A stretch of DNA of 64,000 nucleotides from positions 768,001 to 832,000 of the forward strand of contig CAXXNF010000001.1 in assembly GCA_963666365.2 (NCBI GenBank), in the 5' to 3' direction. This DNA comes from Syntrophales bacterium (GTDB lineage: Bacteria > Desulfobacterota > Syntrophia > Syntrophales > UBA2210). The position numbers were made by a program, and so were the translations under genes. Below, piece after piece: positions 19,993-30,305 of this stretch (position 1 is the first letter of the stretch; the number at the start of each line of letters is the position of its first letter). Under the pieces are notes generated by a model, which was not told the DNA's origin, ran no database searches, and was given only the letters and a program-made list of their open reading frames with translations.

Positions 19993-22125
19993 AATGATCA
20001 GGGCGTCGGCGACACATACGCCCGTGGGATATACCATGAGCGGGTTGATGTCCAATTCCTTGATGTCGTCGGCGAAATCGACGGCAAGCTGCGATACTTT
20101 CAGGATTACATCGATCAGTGCATTGATATCGGCGGCCGGTTTGCCCCGGAGGCCCTGAAACACCGGAAACGCCTTGAGCTCTCGGATCATCTCTTCCGCA
20201 TCGCCGGCGGCGAGGGGGGCTACGCGGAATGATGCATCCTGAAGGACCTCGACGAATATGCCCCCCAGGCCGAACATGAGACAGGGACCGAAGACGGGGT
20301 CGCGGGTGACGCCCACAATAACCTCCAGGCCTTCCGGGAGCATTTCCTGCACCAGCACCCCGGAGATCACGGCCTCAGGGGCATGGGCCCTGACGTTGTC
20401 CATAATACGGGCATAGGCCTTCCGCACCTCCGCCTCTGCAGGGAGGGCAAGCATGATGCCCCCCGCTTCCGTTTTGTGGGGAATATCGGCAGACTGCACC
20501 TTCAGCACCACGGGGAAACCGATACGGTGTGCGCAGGCAGCGGCCTCGTCGGCGGAGTGAGCCAGCTCCTCTCTGGTGACAGGAATACCGTAGGCAGCGA
20601 GCGCCCGCTTTGCCTCATACTCGGTAAGTTCTGTAGTGGATCGCAGTATGGAGTGCGCCTTTTTCTTCGCGTCAGAGCGGATGTCCGGACCTTGGCCGGC
20701 CTCCAGGAAGGCTTTTCGCTTTTCCCCGTAGCGGACCAGCGAGGCTACTGCCTTTGCCGCATCCGACGCTTCCCGGATGATCGGGATTCCCTCCTTTTGA
20801 AATCGAGCGACCATTTCCTGCGACTGCGGCGAGGGGTCGTCCCACACAGGATAGAGAATCAGCGGTTTTGAGGTGGCACGGTAGAGCTTCAGCGTTTCAT
20901 CGATCAGCGTCGGTTCCGTATAGCTCATAAACACGCCCGGGGCGAAGACGATGTCGATCGCATCATCGTCGAAGATCGCCTGGAGGCACTTCACGTAAAG
21001 ATCCTGATCGGTCATGATTGCGGCAGTCATGTCAACGGGATTGCGCGCTGAGCCGTAGAAGGGGATGATCGCTCTTATTTTTTCCTGTGTCGATAATGGC
21101 AGTTCCGGAACATCAAGGCCGAATTTTTCGCACTGATCGGCCATATCCACGCCGGGGCCGCCGGAGTCCGTCAGAATCGCCGCGTTTCGTCCCTTCGGCA
21201 TCCGTCCGCATTGGTATACCCGGGCAAAGGCGGTGAAATCACGCAGTTCTTCAATACGAACAATGCCCATCTGTCGGAAGAAGGCATCGTAGATCCTGTC
21301 ATTACCCGCCAGGGACCCCGTATGGGATGCGGCCGCCCGCGTACCCGCCCCGGTCTTTCCGACTTTCTTGACCATGATCGGCTTTCCCGCCCGCAGGGCC
21401 GCTTCCGCCGCCTGCCTGAATTTCAATCCGTCCTTGGCGCCTTCGAGGTAGACGCCGAAAAGGCCTGTTCCCTTGTCCTGTACAAGATGGGAGATGAAAT
21501 CGAAAAATTGCAGATCCGCCTCGTTCCCCACGCTGATGAAGGCGCTGAAGTCTACCCCGTCCTGAAGCGCCTGCATAAAGGTCTTTTCACCGAAGGCGCC
21601 GCTCTGGGTTGCAAAGGCAAGGGTACCGGGTTTTTCAAACTCCACCTCCATAACATCCGAAAAAGAGGCCATGACCGCATTGCGGAAATAGATAAATCCC
21701 AGACAGTTAGGTCCCAGAATCCGCATGCCGCTCTGTCGCGCAATCGCGGCGATTTCCTGTTGCAGGGCCTTTCCCTCGGCACCTACTTCGGCAAAGCCCG
21801 AGGTGAAAACCACGGCCGCCTTCACCCCCTTTTCAGCGCACTGCCTCAGGGCGTCACGGGTTCCTTCGAGGGGAACGGCAATCACGGCAAGGTCGATTTC
21901 CCCGGGCACGGCCTCGACGGAGGGATAGCAGGCCAGTCCCGCCACATCCTGATACCGGGGATTTATCGGGTAGATGGAACCGGAATACTTTTTCTTCAGC
22001 AGCGCGGCAATGGGCCGGCCGCTCAACTTGCTCATGTTGGCGGAGGCGCCGATGATCGCAATCGAGCGGGGATTGAAAAAAAAATCCATCCCGGAGAGGT
22101 GTGCGTCGTTATTCTGTGAATTCAT
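19987..22125 (-). CDS. ADP-forming acetate/acyl-CoA ligase (fused alpha-beta, ATP-grasp)
   Basis: PRSIAIIGAS, RILGPNCLG, TQSGA, AASHTGSLAG (phospho-His), NPVD, HKTEAGG, ELDINPL. Confidence 0.92.
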   Translation of the reverse strand: MNSQNNDAHLSGMDFFFNPRSIAIIGASANMSKLSGRPIAALLKKKYSGSIYPINPRYQDVAGLACYPSVEAVPGEIDLAVIAVPLEGTRDALRQCAEKGVKAAVVFTSGFAEVGAEGKALQQEIAAIARQSGMRILGPNCLGFIYFRNAVMASFSDVMEVEFEKPGTLAFATQSGAFGEKTFMQALQDGVDFSAFISVGNEADLQFFDFISHLVQDKGTGLFGVYLEGAKDGLKFRQAAEAALRAGKPIMVKKVGKTGAGTRAAASHTGSLAGNDRIYDAFFRQMGIVRIEELRDFTAFARVYQCGRMPKGRNAAILTDSGGPGVDMADQCEKFGLDVPELPLSTQEKIRAIIPFYGSARNPVDMTAAIMTDQDLYVKCLQAIFDDDAIDIVFAPGVFMSYTEPTLIDETLKLYRATSKPLILYPVWDDPSPQSQEMVARFQKEGIPIIREASDAAKAVASLVRYGEKRKAFLEAGQGPDIRSDAKKKAHSILRSTTELTEYEAKRALAAYGIPVTREELAHSADEAAACAHRIGFPVVLKVQSADIPHKTEAGGIMLALPAEAEVRKAYARIMDNVRAHAPEAVISGVLVQEMLPEGLEVIVGVTRDPVFGPCLMFGLGGIFVEVLQDASFRVAPLAAGDAEEMIRELKAFPVFQGLRGKPAADINALIDVILKVSQLAVDFADDIKELDINPLMVYPTGVCVADALIIK

Positions 22126-22343
22126 CCTGTTCCTTTCTCACATTCCGCAATTATTTTTGATCTCTTGTGCATGATGCCCAAGGGGAGTATATGAGGGAGG
22201 GAAATTCCCTGTCAAGTTGATTCTCAGGTGTGCGTCACCTTGACAGGACTGTGTCCCTTCCCTATACTTCGGAGGATGGAACATCCCCTCGGAACAGAAA
22301 ATAACGGAAGCGGATCGGCGGATGCCGGGAAAGGTGTCATTGT

Positions 22344-25300
22344 ATGACGTGGCTGGGAATGTGCGTTGGAGCCTCAACACTCTCAATGGTTGAGATCGTC
22401 TCCGAATCCAACCGCAGACCGTCGGTATCTAGGGTGTATACAGAACCGCATCACGGCAATCCCCAGGACCTGTTTATGCGGACGATGGAGGGGGTAGAAC
22501 CGGACCGCTATGCAGGCATCGCCCTTACGGGGAGATCCTTCCGCCACAGCGTGAATCTTTCCTCCATTTCCGAACCGGAAGCGGTTGAAGAGTCACTGCG
22601 CTATGTCAACGGCCCTGGCCGGCCCGTGCAGGCCGTGGTCAGTGCCGGCGGCGAGACCTTTATCCTCTATGTGCTTGGAAAAGACAGCCAGATTTCTTCG
22701 ATCCAGGCGGGCAACAAATGCGCCTCAGGAACGGGGGAATTTTTTCTTCAGCAGATTCGAAGGATGGGCCTTTCGGTCGACGAAGCCGTCGCCATGGCCG
22801 CCCGTGAAGATCCCTATCGAGTGTCGGGCCGATGCAGCGTGTTCTGCAAAAGCGATTGCACCCACGCGCTGAACAAGGGCATTCCCAAGGGACGTGTCGC
22901 CGGGGGGCTCTGCAGAATGATGGCGGCCAAAGTGCTGGAAATCATCAAACAGGTCCCCAAACGGGATATTATGATCATAGGCGGGTGCGCCAGAAATTCC
23001 GTCATGATGGACTGTCTGAAAGGAGAAATAGAACATCTCCGGATCCCCGAAGAGGCGCCCTACTTCGAAGCCCTGGGGGCCGCCCTCTGGGCCTCGACCC
23101 ATGAGACGCTCCCCTTTCCCTCTCAGGCGCATCTTCTGAATGGAAAGGGAAGTCTCTTTTACCGTCTTCCCCCTCTCGCCGAGGCGGAGTCGATGGTCGA
23201 ATTCCGGGAGAGTGCCCCTGGGCAGGCGCAACCGGGCGATCGCTGCATCCTGGGTCTGGACGTGGGATCGACGACAACAAAGGCGGTGCTTGTGCGCGCT
23301 GCAGACAACAAGATCCTTGCCTCCATCTATCTGCGCACCGAGGGTGATCCAGTGGGGGCATCCCGGCGATGCTATGGCGCACTTGTCGAGGACTTGGACG
23401 ATGTGGCCGACAGGGTGAAGATTGTCGGACTGGGGGTCACGGGATCGGGACGGCAGATCGCCGGCCTTCACTCCATGACGGAGGGCGTGATCAACGAAAT
23501 TATCGCCCATGCAACAGGTGCGCTCCATTTTGACGAAGAGGTCGATACGATCTTCGAAATCGGCGGACAGGATGCCAAGTACACCTCCATTACCAACGGC
23601 GTCGCCTCGGACTATGCGATGAATGAGGCCTGCAGCGCCGGCACCGGATCGTTCCTGGAAGAAGCGGCCCACGAAACGCTGGATGTGGGAATGGAAGAAA
23701 TTGCGGATCACGCCCTGCGGGGAAGTTCTCCCCCCAATTTCAACGACCAGTGTGCGGCCTTTATCAGCAGCGACATAAAGAATGCCTTTAATGAAGGGAT
23801 CGGCCGGGACGATATTCTGGCCGGCCTCGTCTATTCCATCTGCATGAACTACACCAATCGTGTCCGCGGGAACAGACCGGCGGGGCGCAAGATCTTCATG
23901 CAGGGCGGCGTCTGCTATAACCGCGCCGTGCCCCTCGCAATGGCGACTCTTACGGGGAAGCCCATCGTCGTGCCCCCTGAGCCTGGATTGATCGGCGCCC
24001 TGGGCGTTGCCCTGGAAATCAAACGGCGCATGGCCCTGGGATTCATGAAGGAACAGTCCTTTTCCCTGAAAGCGCTGCGCGACCGCGCCATCGACTACGG
24101 AAAGCCCTTCATCTGCGACGGCGGCAAGGAGAAGTGCGACCGCAAATGCGAGATCGCCCGCATCAGGCTTGAAGGAAAGACCTACCCCTTCGGCGGCGCC
24201 TGCAACCGCTGGTACAATCTTCGCAGTAATATCCGGGTGGATGCCGAGTCCCTGAATCGGGTGGGTCACTTCGAAAAATGTGTGTTTGAGCATGGGACGC
24301 AACAACACAGGACTCCCTGTTCTATTAATGGGGACGCTCCCTCTCCCTTGAAGGGAGAGGGTTGGGGTGAGGGTGGAAAAAACAGCAAGTCCGGCACACG
24401 CCTTCCGTGTGCGGAAGAAGACGGAATAAGCACCGCCGCGCCGACTATCGGCATCAACAAGTCCTTTCAGGTCAATACCTATTTCCCTCTCTATGCTCAC
24501 TTTTTTACCCGCCTCGGCTACAGGGTGATTCTTGCAAAAGAGGCCCGTGAGGAAGGCATGGATCGCAAGAGCGCCCCCTTCTGCTATCCCGCCGAGATTG
24601 CCCACGGTTATTTTTTCGACCTTCTGGAGTGCAATCCCGACTGGCTCTTTCTTCCCATGGTGCGGGCCGATTTTGTGCAGGGAGGATTGAAGGAGGGAAT
24701 CAACTGTCCGCTTTCGCAGGGCGAGCCCTTTTACCTGGCATCGGCCTTTAAGGACCACCGGGTATACAAAAGATTAAAAACCGAGGGGAGGATTCTCGAT
24801 CCCGTCATTGATTTCTCAAAGGGGATCGAGCATGCCGAGACTGCCTTCATCGGCATGGCGCGCATGCTCGGGAAGGGGCGGAAAGAGGGGCGAAGCGCCT
24901 TCCGCCAGGCCCTTTCAATTCAAAAGGAAATCTTCCGGTCCATGGAAGAAGAAGGGCGCGAATGCCTGGCTCGTCTCGAAAAGCACCCCGACGATTTCGC
25001 CGTGGTGATCTTCGGAAGATCCTACAACGCCTTCGTGTCCGAAGCCAACATGGGCATTCCGAACAAATTCGCCTCCCGGGGGATCGAGGTGATTCCCCTG
25101 CCCTATCTTCCCATGACTGAACCGGTCGGCGACGACGATATGTACTGGTCCGCGGGGCAGCGCATCCTCAAGGGGGCGCGGCTTGCAGCAAAACACCGCC
25201 AGCTCTTCGGCTGCTATATCACCAATTTTTCCTGCGGTCCCGATTCCTTCCTTGTGGGTTATTTCAGGGACATCATGGAAAAAAAACCGTCGCTTACCCT

Positions 25301-26774
25301 GGAACTTGACAGCCATGTGGCCGATGCGGGTCTGGAAACGCGCATCGAGGCCTTCCTCGATATCGTCAGACGCCATCGTGAGCTGGAAGGCCGGGTGCAC
25401 GTCGCGGCATCCCGGGAAACCTTCACTCCCGCCACGGTGACGGGCGATCACGGCCGGCCGCGGTTTATCGATTCACAGGGGCGGTCATATGCGCTTTCCG
25501 ACGACAGAGTACATGTCCTTTTCCCCTCCATGTGCCGTTTTATTTCGGAGATCGGTTCCGCCGCTTTCCGGGGATTCGGGGTGCGCTCCTCAGCGCTTCC
25601 TCCCGCCGATGATGAAGTGCTCAAGATAGGAAGGGGCCACACCTCCTGCAAGGAATGTCTTCCCCTGCTCCTTACCACCGGGGGGCTTCTGCACTACCTC
25701 GACACAGGGAAGGCCGGTGATGAAAAACTGATCTATTTCATGCCCACGGCTTCGGGACCCTGTCGCTTCGGACAATACTCCCGTTTTCTGTCGGGTTTGA
25801 TTACAAAGCTTCGCATAGAGGACGTGGCGCTTTTCTCGCTTTCCGCGGAAAACAGCTATGCCGGTTTCGGCGGAGAGGGACTTTCGGCGGTGCTCTGGCA
25901 GGGCGTGCTGCTCGCCGACATATTCGAAGAGATCTACTCCGTCCTGCTGACCAATGCCGCCGATACAGGATCTGCCGTTCATGTGTTCGAAGAGTGCTGG
26001 CGAAGGATCATCATGACTGTGGAGAATCCTGCCGAGCGCGACCGCCTGCCGCGGATTCTCGAATCGATCGCCGGCCGGTTGAAGAGCATCCCCGTGGTGC
26101 GTTCACTGCAGGATACGCCCGTCATTCTTCTGGCGGGAGAAATATACGTCCGCCACGACGACCTTTCCCGGCAGTACATCGTGGAAGAGCTTGCAGCCAG
26201 AGGATTTGCCACCAAGGTCGCGTCCCTTGCCGAATGGATTTACTATACCGGATGGTGTGTGCGACGGGGAGTGGCGACGGGGACCCATGGACTGCGCGAA
26301 AGACTGGCCCTTCGCTTCAGAACGGCCTATATGAAAAAGCAGGAAAAAATCATACGGGGGGCGTTAGCCGCGTCGGGACTCTGTTCGTCCGTCTGCGAGG
26401 ACGTCGATCACGTACTGTCCCATACCACCCACCTGATGAAACCCGAGCTGGTGGGCGAGGCCATATTGACCATCGGAACCTCGATCAATGAAGTGCTCGA
26501 TCGATACTGCGGCGTGATCGCCATCGGTCCCTTCGGATGCATGCCCAACCGACTGGCTGAAGCGGTGCTTTCACGAGAAATGAACAGGGAAGGTAAACTG
26601 GCCGCCGGCGCCAACGGCGCCCTGCTGAAGACAGGGGGAGATGCGATAGAAACCCTCCCCTTTATGGCTATTGAAAGCGACGGCAACCGCTTTCCCCAGA
26701 TCATCACCGCCCGCCTTGAGGCCTTTACCCTCCAGGCCTCCAGACTCCACCACCTGATGGGGACACTTCCCTAA
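22344..26774 (+). CDS. Acyl-CoA dehydratase activase-related multidomain protein (two BadF/BcrAD ATPase domains plus DUF2229-like/dehydratase-like domains)
   Basis: NKCASGTG, CSVFCKSD, GLDVGSTTTK, EIGGQDAK, MNEACSAGTGSF, FCYPAE, NFSCGPD, GPCRFGQY, PFGCMP. Confidence 0.9.
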   Translation: MTWLGMCVGASTLSMVEIVSESNRRPSVSRVYTEPHHGNPQDLFMRTMEGVEPDRYAGIALTGRSFRHSVNLSSISEPEAVEESLRYVNGPGRPVQAVVSAGGETFILYVLGKDSQISSIQAGNKCASGTGEFFLQQIRRMGLSVDEAVAMAAREDPYRVSGRCSVFCKSDCTHALNKGIPKGRVAGGLCRMMAAKVLEIIKQVPKRDIMIIGGCARNSVMMDCLKGEIEHLRIPEEAPYFEALGAALWASTHETLPFPSQAHLLNGKGSLFYRLPPLAEAESMVEFRESAPGQAQPGDRCILGLDVGSTTTKAVLVRAADNKILASIYLRTEGDPVGASRRCYGALVEDLDDVADRVKIVGLGVTGSGRQIAGLHSMTEGVINEIIAHATGALHFDEEVDTIFEIGGQDAKYTSITNGVASDYAMNEACSAGTGSFLEEAAHETLDVGMEEIADHALRGSSPPNFNDQCAAFISSDIKNAFNEGIGRDDILAGLVYSICMNYTNRVRGNRPAGRKIFMQGGVCYNRAVPLAMATLTGKPIVVPPEPGLIGALGVALEIKRRMALGFMKEQSFSLKALRDRAIDYGKPFICDGGKEKCDRKCEIARIRLEGKTYPFGGACNRWYNLRSNIRVDAESLNRVGHFEKCVFEHGTQQHRTPCSINGDAPSPLKGEGWGEGGKNSKSGTRLPCAEEDGISTAAPTIGINKSFQVNTYFPLYAHFFTRLGYRVILAKEAREEGMDRKSAPFCYPAEIAHGYFFDLLECNPDWLFLPMVRADFVQGGLKEGINCPLSQGEPFYLASAFKDHRVYKRLKTEGRILDPVIDFSKGIEHAETAFIGMARMLGKGRKEGRSAFRQALSIQKEIFRSMEEEGRECLARLEKHPDDFAVVIFGRSYNAFVSEANMGIPNKFASRGIEVIPLPYLPMTEPVGDDDMYWSAGQRILKGARLAAKHRQLFGCYITNFSCGPDSFLVGYFRDIMEKKPSLTLELDSHVADAGLETRIEAFLDIVRRHRELEGRVHVAASRETFTPATVTGDHGRPRFIDSQGRSYALSDDRVHVLFPSMCRFISEIGSAAFRGFGVRSSALPPADDEVLKIGRGHTSCKECLPLLLTTGGLLHYLDTGKAGDEKLIYFMPTASGPCRFGQYSRFLSGLITKLRIEDVALFSLSAENSYAGFGGEGLSAVLWQGVLLADIFEEIYSVLLTNAADTGSAVHVFEECWRRIIMTVENPAERDRLPRILESIAGRLKSIPVVRSLQDTPVILLAGEIYVRHDDLSRQYIVEELAARGFATKVASLAEWIYYTGWCVRRGVATGTHGLRERLALRFRTAYMKKQEKIIRGALAASGLCSSVCEDVDHVLSHTTHLMKPELVGEAILTIGTSINEVLDRYCGVIAIGPFGCMPNRLAEAVLSREMNREGKLAAGANGALLKTGGDAIETLPFMAIESDGNRFPQIITARLEAFTLQASRLHHLMGTLP

Positions 26775-26805
26775 TTTTGGCGCGTATCTATATATTATAA
26801 CTCAG

Positions 26806-27483
26806 CTATTTCGCTTTTCTTGATTTTTTTCTACGTTCTCTTATAAGCGGTCTTCCTCTTTTCATTGGATGTAGGGAACGGCCCAGATATTGTTCCAGTG
26901 CGGCAACGAATGATTCAGACCCGAGAGGTCTGCCTGACGATGTGGATTTTCTGATCAGTTCATAACTACCCCTGTCTTCATCTCCGGTAATATTTTTAAA
27001 GTCTTGCATGTACGAATGCAACCAAGCCGGGCGTGTTACAATTTCATTCGGTGTACCTGCACTTGACCACTTGTAATCGGACGCTCGTGCCGCTAGATCT
27101 GCGCGCACAGGATTTTCTTCAATGTAGCCGATGACAGTGAGTAGATACTTTTCACTGTCTACAACCGCGGAAAAAAAGCGATTTTGCCAGAGGCGCCCAC
27201 TCCTTCCATATTCTTGATTTATATACCGAGTGTATACGAGGTTCGTCGCCCCGATTCCTCTGGCGAGCGATTCTTCCCTTTTCGGGACTGCGAGCAGATG
27301 CACATGATTAGGCATCAGGCAATAGGCCCAGATTTGAAATTCCCACTTCCGGCTGTAATAACCGAGAGTTTCAAGGTAAAAGCGCCTGTCTTCATTTCGA
27401 AAGAAAACCTGCTCGCGGTTGTTTCCCCTTTGAGTAATGTGGTGGGGATAATCGACTGCACAAATGCGGGCAATTCTCGGCAT
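26806..27483 (-). mobile_element. REP-associated tyrosine transposase (RAYT, Y1 HUH, IS200-like)
   Basis: MPRIAR..PHHITQRGNNR, YCLMPNHVHLL (HUH), GRLWQNRF, YIEENPVRA, YKWSS; visibly more AT-rich than its neighbours; flanked by GGGACACTTCCC motifs. Confidence 0.9.
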
Positions 27484-27568
27484 GACCAACACCTCCGTTC
27501 TAAAATGTAGTACAGGGAAGAGGAGAGGTGTCGGTTTTACGCGGATAAAAAGTGCGGTACTCCCTGCG

Positions 27569-27668
27569 ATAGGGACATTTCCCTATTTAGTGCCTGCTTA
27601 TTTAAAAGTGGCAATTCATTATACTGTTCAATAAGTTACAGTGCAAAAATAGGGAAGTGTCCCTATTT
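27569..27668. repeat. REPIN-like element upstream of RAYT (single additional unit downstream at 26759-26778)
   Basis: atagggacatttccctattt ... aaatagggaagtgtccctattt; ggggacacttccctaatttt at 26759. Confidence 0.82.
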
Positions 27669-28457
27669 GAAGTTCGGTTTTCTGCGTTCTTTCTGGGCGC
27701 GGACTCCTTCAAGGACATCGTCGCTTTTGAACACGGGATCGCCGATTTCCGCCTCGCGCTTGAGGGCGTCTACAATGGACATGCCCCGGGTTTCACGGGC
27801 GAGCCTCACCATGCCCCGTACCGCCCGAGGGCCGTTTGCGGCGATCGTTCCCGCCAGCTCCAGGGCCGCATCCATAAGACGGTCGCGCGGGACGAGGCGG
27901 TTGAGAAATCCCCATTCATACAGCTGGGCCGCCGTGAAGTTCTCCGCCGTAAGGATCACTTCGAGGGCCCGTGTGGCGCCGATCTGTCGGGGAAGAAACA
28001 CGTTGGAACCGCTCATGGGCATGATGCCCAGCTTCGCCTCCCGCATCTGGAAAAGGGCGTCCTCCGAGGCCACGCGCAACTCGCAGGCCATGGCCAGTTC
28101 AAATCCCCCGGTGATACAGTAGCCGTGAATTGCGGCGATTACGGGCCGGTCCAGTTCCTTGTATTTGAGAAGCGATTTTCCGAATCCCTCTTCCGAGGCA
28201 AGCCACTTTTCGGCCTCCGTGACGGGGGTTCTGCTTCCGTTCAGGATCGGGATGGAGGTTTTCAGGTCCATACCGGAGCAGAAGATATCAGGCAGGGCGG
28301 AATAGAGGACAACGACCCTGACATCGTGATCATCCTGACATTCCGTCCAGATGCGATAGAGATCCAGAAGGGCGGCGGGACTGAAGGCGTTTTTCGTCTC
28401 CGGGATATTCAGTCCCACCAGCGCAATGTGATCTTTCTTTTCAAAATTGATGCCCAT
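27663..28457 (-). CDS. Enoyl-CoA hydratase/isomerase family protein
   Basis: FCSGMDL, PVIAAIHGYCITGGFELAMAC, EAKLGIMP, EGVRAQKERRKPNF. Confidence 0.92.
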   Translation of the reverse strand: MGINFEKKDHIALVGLNIPETKNAFSPAALLDLYRIWTECQDDHDVRVVVLYSALPDIFCSGMDLKTSIPILNGSRTPVTEAEKWLASEEGFGKSLLKYKELDRPVIAAIHGYCITGGFELAMACELRVASEDALFQMREAKLGIMPMSGSNVFLPRQIGATRALEVILTAENFTAAQLYEWGFLNRLVPRDRLMDAALELAGTIAANGPRAVRGMVRLARETRGMSIVDALKREAEIGDPVFKSDDVLEGVRAQKERRKPNFK

Positions 28458-28615
28458 GGTGCCTCCTCGCCACTCCATTTTTATTTCTTGTGCCGCCTAT
28501 AAATATAAATGTCAAGAAAATAGGCCCGTCACCGGTTCTTGAATGTTGAACTTTGTCCGCGTTATATGATAGCGTTATGCACCTTAATAATAATTGTTTG
28601 CAGGCGAGTCTTCCC

Positions 28616-29845
28616 ATGGCCGTATACGAGTACCGGGCGCTCAGCAGTTCGGGCAAAACACTGAAGGGCATTATTGATGCCGAGAGTATGTTCGCGGCGC
28701 GAAGAAAGCTCAGGGAACGGGATGCCTATCCCGTGGAACTGAAGGAAACGTCGGCCCGCGAGGAGCAAGCCGTCCAGACAAAGCGGACCCTGGGAAGCTA
28801 CTTCAAGCAGGTGAGCCAGAGCGAGGTGACCACCATGACGAGGCAGCTTGCCACACTTCTCGGCGCCGGCCTTCCCCTCGTCTCGTCGCTGACCGCCCTG
28901 GTCACGCAGACATCGAACCAGCACCTGAAAAAGACCCTGGCGCAGATCAAGGAAGATGTAAACGAGGGAAACAGCCTTGCCCAGAGTTTATCGCACTACG
29001 GGCGGATCTTTCCCCCCTTTTATGTCAATATGGTCCGTGCCGGCGAGGCTTCGGGCGCGCTCGACATTGTTCTGGAGCGGCTGGCTGACTTTAACGAAAA
29101 GCAGCGGGCGCTGAGGGGGAAAATCCGGGCGGCCCTCACCTATCCCCTCTTCATGTTCTTTATCGGCGGCATGGTCCTCTTTGTGCTCATGGGGTTTATC
29201 GTCCCCAAGATTACCGGCATATTTGCAGAAATGCACCAGACGCTTCCGGCCATCACCCTTTTTCTCATTGCCGTAAGCGGACTGATCAAGTCTTTTTGGC
29301 TGGTGTGTATCATTTTTATGATTGCGCTCTTCGTGACGCTTCGCTATCTGTTTACCAAAACGAAGAGGGGGCAGTACCTGTGGGATCGAATCAAACTTTC
29401 CGTTCCATTCATCGGGTCGCTGATGCACAAGCTGGCTGTCGCCCGTTTCAGCAGGACTCTGGGCACCCTCCTGGGAAGCGGGGTGCCCCTCCTTACCGCC
29501 CTCTCCATTGTGAAAAACGTCGTCGATAACCGGCTCATCGCCGACGCCATCGGAGATGCGGCAAAGGACGTGGAGGAAGGGGGAAGCCTTTCGGCGACTC
29601 TTTCACGGAGCAATCTCTTCCCCCCTCTGGTGATACAAATGATCGCCGTCGGTGAGCAAAGCGGGGCGCTGGAAGCCATGCTGGCGAAAATAGCCGATGG
29701 ATACGAGACGGAGGCCGAATCGAGCATCATGCAGATCATGTCACTGCTTGAACCTATGATGATCCTCATAATGGGGTTTTTTGCAGGATTCGTGGTGATA
29801 TCCATACTGCTTCCCATTTTTGAGATGAATCAACTAGTGCGATGA
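28616..29845 (+). CDS. gspF: T2SS inner-membrane protein F
   Basis: MAVYEYRAL, TRQLATLLGAGLPL, MVRAGEASGAL, ALTYP, GEQSGAL, LLEP. Confidence 0.95.
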   Translation: MAVYEYRALSSSGKTLKGIIDAESMFAARRKLRERDAYPVELKETSAREEQAVQTKRTLGSYFKQVSQSEVTTMTRQLATLLGAGLPLVSSLTALVTQTSNQHLKKTLAQIKEDVNEGNSLAQSLSHYGRIFPPFYVNMVRAGEASGALDIVLERLADFNEKQRALRGKIRAALTYPLFMFFIGGMVLFVLMGFIVPKITGIFAEMHQTLPAITLFLIAVSGLIKSFWLVCIIFMIALFVTLRYLFTKTKRGQYLWDRIKLSVPFIGSLMHKLAVARFSRTLGTLLGSGVPLLTALSIVKNVVDNRLIADAIGDAAKDVEEGGSLSATLSRSNLFPPLVIQMIAVGEQSGALEAMLAKIADGYETEAESSIMQIMSLLEPMMILIMGFFAGFVVISILLPIFEMNQLVR

Positions 29846-29864
29846 ATTATATCAGGAGAACAAA

Positions 29865-30305
29865 ATGAAAAGAAACTACGGCGCAGAGGGTTTCACGCTC
29901 ATCGAGCTGATGGTGGTCATTGTGATTATCGGCATTCTTGCCGGTCTTATTGTACCCCGTATCATGGGAAGGCCCGACGAGGCACGACAGGCAAAGGCAC
30001 GCATGCAGATCGAAAGCCTCGAAACGGCGCTGAAACTGTATCGCCTGGACAATGGAAGTTATCCTACAACGGAACAGGGGCTGCAGGCGCTGGTCGAGGC
30101 GCCTGAGGTGGGAGAGCTTGCAAAAAAGTGGCGCGAGGGCGGCTATCTGGAAAAGGGGAAGGTGCCCAGGGATCCATGGGATAATGAATTTGTCTATCTC
30201 TGCCCGGGCGCCAACGGTGATTTCGATCTCCTCTCCTACGGCGCCGACGGCGAGCAGGGGGGCGAAGGGAAAAACAAGGACATCACCAACTGGGACAGTG
30301 AATAA
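29865..30305 (+). CDS. gspG: T2SS major pseudopilin G
   Basis: G|FTLIELMVV, ALKLYRLDNGSYPTTEQGLQAL, DPWDN, SYGADG. Confidence 0.97.
   Translation: MKRNYGAEGFTLIELMVVIVIIGILAGLIVPRIMGRPDEARQAKARMQIESLETALKLYRLDNGSYPTTEQGLQALVEAPEVGELAKKWREGGYLEKGKVPRDPWDNEFVYLCPGANGDFDLLSYGADGEQGGEGKNKDITNWDSE

Noticed and set aside
22725..24758. 677-aa minus-strand ORF, and similar long antisense ORFs at 4005, 11703, 33212, 48847 and 51253
   Set aside because: Shadows of well-supported genes on the opposite strand, as expected from GC-rich codon bias
26806..27483. Classical IS200/IS605 element with tnpB
   Set aside because: No tnpB; protein length, motifs and flanking REP-like hairpins fit RAYT instead
30052..30297. 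Long N-terminal extension of gspH in the ORF track
   Set aside because: Overlaps gspG out of frame; GTG at 30298 gives a proper prepilin leader
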